From assembly GCA_965232615.1 (NCBI GenBank), contig OZ246985.1, forward strand, positions 847,778 through 911,777: DNA of 64,000 bases, given 5' to 3'. Numbering within the stretch: the stretch's first letter is position 1; each line of letters opens with the position of its first letter. The position numbers were made by a program, and so were the translations under genes. This DNA comes from Spirochaetaceae bacterium. GTDB taxonomy: Bacteria > Spirochaetota > Spirochaetia > DSM-2461. The notes below the pieces were generated by a model. That model was not told the origin of the DNA, searched no databases, and worked only from the letters and a program-made list of their open reading frames with translations. Shown here one piece after another: positions 58,135 to 64,000 of this stretch.

Positions 58135-59313
58135 ACGTCTTTTAAGAAGAAGGCCGGGATATGATGCGGCTAGAGTGATGGGACCATACAGTGCCCAGAA
58201 TGCACTGACATCTTGATAAACCTCACCGCTCAGTCGCAAATAAATGGATGAAATCAGTCCGATTGCATTGATTGTCCAAATCCAGGCTATAACAGATTCC
58301 TGGTATTTCCACCTTGAAGCAAAGAGGGGTATCGTGCATAAGAGGACTGTGGGTAGGGTTGACCAGAAATTGATGTTTCCATAGCCGGCATTATGATTGG
58401 TGAAGAACATAAAAAAACCGATCGTTGCTCCTGGCAAGCCAACGATTAACACAATGGGCAGCTGTATGAGCCCCCCCCATTTCAAATTTGAGGCCTGGAA
58501 CCAGACGATTGACATGAACAAACTTAAGCACAATAACAACGGCCATAGTTTCGTGGGTTTATCAGGTACTGGTGGACGAATTGCTTTTTTGAGAATTGTT
58601 TTTTCATCGGACAATGTTCGGATTACTCCATCCCGACCTGTATATTCCAGTTTTGTTGCATAGTCTGCGACTGCATAAGGCAGGAACATCAATTCCCATC
58701 CATTGATGGTTTTATCGGTATAAGGACCAAGTAGATAATGAAGCATAATCTCTGCTGGTAATGATTGATAAGACATAGTTCGTGCATAAAATCGGAAGCT
58801 TTTGTCTTTGAGAGAGAGCGTTTGATTTTTCAGTTGATTGTCAAGAACTTCGTTCAGTATATCCCGTATGATTGTCGAACAGTTATTTGTGAAGTAATTA
58901 TAGAGATATACCCGGTTTTCCGGTAATACCCACCATCGAAGTTTTTTATCAAGTATTTCCAGTTCTTCATTACCCAGATTGAGGTTATACATTGTTAAAT
59001 CCATGTTATTCAGCATGGATTGGGCAATGAATCTGTCCGTCGGTGAAACAACGGCCAGGTACGGCATGTATCCTTTCATGAAGTCTTCGTAAAAATTTTC
59101 CGAATAAAAGGAAAAATTTCCAAAGTCATAGAATAAATCTTCACCTGTATCGTTATTCTTCAATGCTAATCCTATGTGTCCCCAATAGGTGTATAGAAGA
59201 TCGCCAGGCCCGGCAATTATCATTCTTGCACTTATATTTCCTGCCCATCCTGAGGTGATGGAGAATCCCAGTAGAACAGCTGAAAGCATTATTCGTACAT
59301 GTTTTTTCATCAA
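58123..59313 (-). CDS. DUF4105-like (Lnb N-terminal) membrane protein
   Basis: Signal peptide, an N-terminal domain (YWGHIGLALKNNDTGE) and several C-terminal TM helices. Confidence 0.45.
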   Translation of the reverse strand: MMKKHVRIMLSAVLLGFSITSGWAGNISARMIIAGPGDLLYTYWGHIGLALKNNDTGEDLFYDFGNFSFYSENFYEDFMKGYMPYLAVVSPTDRFIAQSMLNNMDLTMYNLNLGNEELEILDKKLRWWVLPENRVYLYNYFTNNCSTIIRDILNEVLDNQLKNQTLSLKDKSFRFYARTMSYQSLPAEIMLHYLLGPYTDKTINGWELMFLPYAVADYATKLEYTGRDGVIRTLSDEKTILKKAIRPPVPDKPTKLWPLLLCLSLFMSIVWFQASNLKWGGLIQLPIVLIVGLPGATIGFFMFFTNHNAGYGNINFWSTLPTVLLCTIPLFASRWKYQESVIAWIWTINAIGLISSIYLRLSGEVYQDVSAFWALYGPITLAASYPGLLLKRRLGW

Positions 59314-59418
59314 TCATCCTGAATTTCAATAAAGTTAGTTCAATTCCAGTACAATAAGGAGGACATAATCAACTATAGCAAGTATACTATAATCAAATAC
59401 ACAATAAAAGGAGTCATT

Positions 59419-59604
59419 ATGGCTGAAAATGAAAATCTGGTTGTTGCTTCCAAGGTAAAGGCTTATATCAAAACGACAGCTGATATGAAGTGTTCTGCAA
59501 CCGTCATAGACGCACTCTCCAATGCCGTTCGTGAAATGTGTGACAAAGCGATTGACAATGCAAAAAGTGCAAGACGGAAAACTGTTCAGGACAAAGATTT
59601 CTAA
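59419..59604 (+). CDS. small basic histone-fold-like protein (DUF1931-like)
   Basis: Strong SD (aaaaggag) 7 nt upstream. 61 aa (ASKVKAYIKTTADMKCSATVIDALSNAVREMCDKAIDNAKSARRKTV). Followed by a hairpin. Confidence 0.45.
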   Translation: MAENENLVVASKVKAYIKTTADMKCSATVIDALSNAVREMCDKAIDNAKSARRKTVQDKDF

Positions 59605-59708
59605 TTTACGGTACCTCCTCTGGAAACTTGTTTTCGGAATCTGATGAGATGAAGTATTCAAGACGAAACTGAAATGAATACTTCCTGGGGTAACCATCAT
59701 TCGATAAT

Positions 59709-59739
59709 CCGGGATTGGAAAGCAGTCCCGGATTGTTTT
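59709..59739 (+). terminator. candidate intrinsic terminator after the small protein gene
   Basis: ccggga-ttggaaagcag-tcccgg followed by attgtttt. Confidence 0.35.
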
Positions 59740-59762
59740 CCAATATAATACCATACTTGAGC

Positions 59763-60220
59763 TCTATCTTAAGGCAACCTCTAAAAACCGTTTTTGGAAT
59801 TTGGTGCAGTGACGGTGCGTTCCTCGGAGCTTTGCTCCTGCGGTACGCACCTGCTTAAATTTTTTCTTGATGCAAGGCGGTAAAAGCGGAGCTAGCCTGA
59901 GCGGTTGGCGGTGCGTTCCTCGGAGCTTTGCTCCTGCGGTACGCACCTGTTTAAATTTTTTCTTGATGCAAGGCGGTAAAAGCGGAGCTAGCCTGAGCGG
60001 TTGGCGGTGCGTTCCTCGGAGCTTTGCTCCTGCGGTACGCACCTGTTTAAATTTTTTCTTGATGCAAGGCGGTAAAAGCGGAGCTAGCCTGAGCGGTTGG
60101 CGGTGCGTTCCTCGGAGCTTTGCTCCTGCGGTACGCACCTGTTTACGTGAACATTTTGACAACGTAGCAGGGAGGAAAAAGATCAAGCCAAAAACGAAAT
60201 AAGGTTTTTTAGAGGTGCCC
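59763..60220 (-). repeat. MITE-like element copy E10 (minus orientation) with 4 x about 96-bp tandem units (hairpin plus module B)
   Basis: Unit ggcggtgcgttcctcggagctttgctcctgcggtacgcacctgtttaaattttttcttgatgcaaggcggtaaaagcggagctagcctgagcggtt. The ORFs at 59764-60258 and 59867-60202 are artefacts. Confidence 0.85.
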
Positions 60221-60337
60221 TTATAGATGACCTCACAAGATCGCGCAGTTTCATTCATGATTAGTTTTCCATTTTCACCGATTCCAAATGGGGGAGATTC
60301 CTGTGGATATTAGTGTTAAGGCACCGAATCTGTTTTC

Positions 60338-60901
60338 TTATTCCCACTTCAAAGAGATTCTGATCCGAATAAGTGCAATTTCCTGTCGCAGGTTTTCAGG
60401 CAGATCCATTTCTGAAAGACGATCAAGAATTTTGTTTCGCTCTTCATCTTTCCCTGAGTCTCTGAAACTATAGTTCAATGCAAAAAGTGTTCTATAATCA
60501 CCTGGATTGATACGCATGGATTTCTGAAGGAAGGCAAGTCCTTCTTCATGAGATCCCTCCATACTCTTCAGTATTCCCAGATTACGGAAAGCTGAAAAAT
60601 TTTCAGGTTTCATTTCAATTGCCTTCATCAGACTTTTTCGAGCTTGTTCCAGATTCCCAGTTCTCAGCTGAGCACAACCCATGGCTTCCCAGGCATAGGT
60701 ATTTGTTTCATCATTCTTAATATAGAATTCTAATGCTTTAATAGCTTTGTGATTTTCCCCAGTTTCAGTATATGCAATCCCAATATCGCATATTGCCCGT
60801 AAATCATCAGGGTATTCGGAGATTATTTCTGAAAGGATTGCTTTGGCCGATTGAAAGGCTCCTTCCCTCATCAGGTGTTCAGCGTGTTCAAGTGTGGGCA
60901 T
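60338..60901 (-). CDS. TPR-repeat protein
   Basis: 187 aa with at least 4 TPR-like helices (AWEAMGCAQLRTGNLEQARKSLMKAIE...). Confidence 0.6.
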   Translation of the reverse strand: MPTLEHAEHLMREGAFQSAKAILSEIISEYPDDLRAICDIGIAYTETGENHKAIKALEFYIKNDETNTYAWEAMGCAQLRTGNLEQARKSLMKAIEMKPENFSAFRNLGILKSMEGSHEEGLAFLQKSMRINPGDYRTLFALNYSFRDSGKDEERNKILDRLSEMDLPENLRQEIALIRIRISLKWE

Positions 60902-61505
60902 GTCTCCTCCTGATTCAATATCGGTTAGAGGTAGCTCATCATAAAATCAATTCTCAGTGTCAGAAAGCCTATAAAATCTCCTTCAAGCCATTCCAGAATT
61001 TCAATTCCCCCCTGGACCATCATATATAACGGAGCATAACGATCAGATCCCACCTCCGGATTTCGCCACTCGTACACCAGGTTTATTCTCATCCACACAT
61101 GGATTGACCTTGCTAGACTGAGTGTATGCCCCATTCATATCTGGAAAGAGCAAATTATATATAACTCGTTCTGCCAATGGTTTCCAGTATTCTGTGTATC
61201 GAAAACCAGTTTTTTGCTTCTGGGCACTGAAATTGATATATCTCGGGTTGGAGCAGTGAGGGAATGACAAAGTAAATCTCCTGATAAATTGTTTTCTTAC
61301 TACGCTATAACGAGTTTGATATGGGTTTTGATTTCGCTAACAAGCTTTCTGGCTCTGATATTTTCATAATAAGTTGAGGAAGATTGGATTTCTGGATATG
61401 ACGTATTCCCAGGTTAGACGAATCGGACAAAATCAGGATATCAGTCGTCAATGTGAGTGATTAAAAGACAGATAGTGGATGTATCGCTCATTCAAGCATA
61501 ATTAA

Positions 61506-61756
61506 GGGCACCTCTAAAAAACAGCTTTCAAAAATTGACGAAATGGCGGTGTGTTCCTCAGGCTATGCCCTGCGGTACACACCTGTTAGTGGCGGTATGT
61601 TCCTCAGGCTACGCCCTGTGGTACACACCTGGTTAAATTTTTGTCGATACAAGGCGGCAGAAGCTCAAGCGTAGCTGGGCTTAGATGAGTATTTTGACAA
61701 TGCAGTAGCGGCGGAAAAGATCGAGTCAAGAACTAAAGGGGTTTTTAGAGGTGCCC
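61506..61756 (-). repeat. MITE-like element copy E11 (minus orientation), perfect TIRs, two degenerate hairpin units
   Basis: GGGCACCTCTAAAA...TTTTAGAGGTGCCC, flanked by TTAA on both sides. Confidence 0.85.
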
Positions 61757-61845
61757 TTAAGTCAATTCAGTTTCGAGCAGATTTCAATATATGAAGCAAT
61801 TTGAATAGTTGACCCAGGATGCCGTTGAGTATAGGATAAGCTGTA

Positions 61846-61918
61846 CGGAATGTAGCCCAGCGGCCAGGGCACCTGCTTTGGGAGCAGGAGATCGGAGGTT
61901 CGAGTCCTCTCATTCCGA
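61846..61918 (+). tRNA. tRNA-Pro (anticodon TGG)
   Basis: Manual fold. Acceptor cggaatg/cattccg, D-stem gccc/gggc, anticodon stem cctgc/gcagg with loop ttTGGga, T-arm ggagg-ttcgagt-cctct and discriminator A. 73 nt, no encoded CCA. Confidence 0.75.
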
Positions 61919-61928
61919 GTAATGAACT

Positions 61929-63248
61929 TTAGTTTGTCAATGCTGCTGCCGCAGCTCCAATCAGTGGGGCATCGTTAACCCGTACTGTTTCATAGTACTT
62001 ATTCTTATTTGAGAGGTAGGGTCGGAGATAGCTTTCCACCCGCTGCTGAAACCTGTAATACCAATAATACGTTGTTCCATCGATAGTGAGACAATTTGCT
62101 TCCAGTGGACCACTTCCGCTGGGTCCTTTCAGGATGGATGCTGCTATGTTTGCTGCTGATAGTTTTGCGGCACGCTCCAGCAGGGCATCAAAAAGAAACC
62201 ACAACCGTTGCCGGTCGGATTCATTGGCATGAGTTTTCATTACTCTGGCAATAGCATTGTCCCTGGTATCTGCAGGATTATGGCAGTAATTATCAGCATC
62301 TTTTGTTGAAAACATACCGAGTTCAGTCAGTGAATGAACAGTTCTGGGAGAGAATAGTCCTTTACTGCCAGCGAGCATTGCACTTTGAGTTGCAAGAGCT
62401 CCAAAGTAGCCACCAGATAGCATTTTTTCCAGCAGATATGCATTGGCATCAGATGTTATTCTACCCAGCATTAAATCGGCTTCACCCCTGTTTGGGTATG
62501 CGTAATTTCCAGTTTCACAATTTATAATCTGCTTCCCGGAAGGGTTAAGATCAGGGACTTTCCCTATGGCGGAGTTTGATTCCACATAGCAGGTATTGGT
62601 TCCTGTTCCAAGGATGAATCCTGCGTATCCTCCCCAGGGGCGGGTTGGATTGGAGAGTTTACCGGTCAGTAGAGTCGCTACGGCATCATTAAGAATAACA
62701 ATATCTGGTACATCCTGTATTCCTCTGTTGCGGAGAGCATCTTTGAAATCTGAGCCAATCATACGACCAACAACATCAGGAGCTTTTATTTCTTTTGACC
62801 AATGAAGCAGTCGACCATCCCTGTCTGGAAATATTTCTGTTGGATAGGAAAAACAGAATCCTATGCCTGAATCCCGTGAGATGAGAGGTTCTACCAATGC
62901 TGCTAGAGTATCAAAGAATTCCTCCCTGCCCACTGTGGAATCCCTGGAACCAGGCATGGGATGCTTTGAATAATTGTCGATAACTGGTTTCTTCCCATCT
63001 TTGAATGTTACAAGTGCTACACGCAGGTTCGTTCCACCAGCATCCAGAACTACGGTTGGTTTTTCCATGGGAATATCGGTATCAGTTTCAATATATGTGG
63101 GGAGCATTTTCAGAGAGGATGGTTGTCCATTGAGACCAAGAGTCATCTCTTCCAGCATATGGTCAACAGTGTTCTCCATATTCACCATATCAGGATGCAT
63201 ATGGACTTCCAGGAGAAATTTTTCGACAGTGTTTCTATGTTTATTCAT
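61929..63248 (-). CDS. hexokinase (eukaryote-type hexokinase family, as found in some spirochaetes)
   Basis: 439 aa. Hexokinase_1-like N-terminus (LKMLPTYIE..., VVLDAGGTNLRVALV) and C-terminal lobe. Confidence 0.55.
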   Translation of the reverse strand: MNKHRNTVEKFLLEVHMHPDMVNMENTVDHMLEEMTLGLNGQPSSLKMLPTYIETDTDIPMEKPTVVLDAGGTNLRVALVTFKDGKKPVIDNYSKHPMPGSRDSTVGREEFFDTLAALVEPLISRDSGIGFCFSYPTEIFPDRDGRLLHWSKEIKAPDVVGRMIGSDFKDALRNRGIQDVPDIVILNDAVATLLTGKLSNPTRPWGGYAGFILGTGTNTCYVESNSAIGKVPDLNPSGKQIINCETGNYAYPNRGEADLMLGRITSDANAYLLEKMLSGGYFGALATQSAMLAGSKGLFSPRTVHSLTELGMFSTKDADNYCHNPADTRDNAIARVMKTHANESDRQRLWFLFDALLERAAKLSAANIAASILKGPSGSGPLEANCLTIDGTTYYWYYRFQQRVESYLRPYLSNKNKYYETVRVNDAPLIGAAAAALTN

Positions 63249-63352
63249 CTTTTCAGTATGACCATCGAACGCTGTGAATGCAAGCTGAATCCAGCATTAC
63301 AATGGTAAAATTCTATCTGATTAAATCTCTAACTCAGGAGATTCTCATTCAA

Positions 63353-63900
63353 GGGTACCTCTAAAAAACAGCTTTAGGAAATTGACGAAATGGCGGTGTG
63401 TTCCTCGGAGCTTTGCTCCTGCGGTACGCACCTGCTTAAATTTTTTGTCGATACAGGGTGGCAAAAGCTCAAGCGTAGCCTAAGCGGTTGGCGGTGCGTT
63501 CCTCGGAGCTTTGCTCCTGCGGTACGCACCTGCTTAAATTTTTGTCGATACAGGGTGGCAAAAGTTCAAGCGTAGCCTAAGCGGTTGGCGGTGCGTTCCT
63601 CGGAGCTTTGCTCCTGCGGTACGCACCTGCTTAAATTTTTGTCGATACAGGGTGGCAAAAGTTCAAGCGTAGCCTAAGCGGTTGGCGGTGCGTTCCTCGG
63701 AGCTTTGCTCCTGCGGTACGCACCTGCTTAAATTTTTGTCGATACAGGGTGGCAAAAGTTCAAGCGTAGCCTAAGCGGTTGGCGGTGCGTTCCTCGGAGC
63801 TTTGCTCCTGCGGTACGCACCTGCTTACGTGAGCATTTTGACAACGCAGTAGCGGCAGAAAAGATCGAGTCAAGAACTAAATGGGTTTTTAGAGGTGCCC
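63353..63900 (-). repeat. MITE-like element copy E12 (minus orientation) with 5 x about 118-bp tandem units
   Basis: Unit ggcggtgcgttcctcggagctttgctcctgcggtacgcacctgcttaaatttttgtcgatacagggtggcaaaagttcaagcgtagcctaagcggtt. The ORF at 63390-63575 is an artefact. Confidence 0.85.
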
Positions 63901-64000
63901 TCAATTTATATAGTGTCAGGAAGCTTGTTGTAACCTGGTTTCATTAAAATTCTGCTATGTGAGGATCCTTGTCAGATAGAGTAATTTGATGTTGAATAAC

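Noticed and set aside
58397-58663. 88-aa plus-strand ORF inside the DUF4105 gene, and the 139-aa minus-strand ORF at 59335-59754 opposite the small histone-fold-like gene
   Set aside because: Both overlap better-supported genes on the other strand and lack translation signals.

Overview
This 64-kb window looks like chromosomal DNA from a motile spirochaete-like bacterium. That is inferred from a short-form ParC/ParE pair, CheX, GTP-dependent PEP carboxykinase, a eukaryote-type hexokinase and a YtrA-type GntR operon; I could not run any searches to confirm it. Coding density is high and mostly housekeeping: rnz, tsaE, parC/parE, metK, nrdJ, pckG, oppABCDF, ddl, metF, aroQ, recO, recJ, rpsU and a tRNA-Pro. 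Several operons of unclear function are also present.

The dominant unusual feature is a previously unnamed (to me) family of non-autonomous, MITE-like repeat elements bounded by the inverted ends GGGCACCTCTAAAA / TTTTAGAGGTGCCC. At least 12 full or partial copies of 120 to 550 bp sit in intergenic gaps. Each carries a conserved about 70-bp subterminal module and a variable-number internal tandem array of hairpin units of 16, 46, 96 or 118 bp. The hairpin units show compensatory base-pair covariation between copies, which suggests selection on a secondary structure. The element ends supply stop codons or a ribosome-binding site to flanking genes. One head-to-head pair with a private end variant brackets a degraded IS1634-family transposase, which is a candidate autonomous partner.

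Other notable loci:
- a membrane-anchored CheA-like kinase (HPt plus P4, no CheW/P5 domain) in an operon with cheX and cheY
- a 7-gene operon of GntR(YtrA), SPFH, MacB/LolCDE-like ABC transporter, LolA-like protein and a putative outer-membrane beta-barrel protein
- metK translationally coupled to an AmmeMemoRadiSam-like radical SAM gene
- an NrdR-box-like perfect palindrome upstream of nrdJ
- a class II Fic gene in a repeat-rich islet
- several gene remnants: a DeoR fragment, a pepF fragment, and a duplicated oppF 3' end

All product names rest on motif recognition by eye. No database search was possible.
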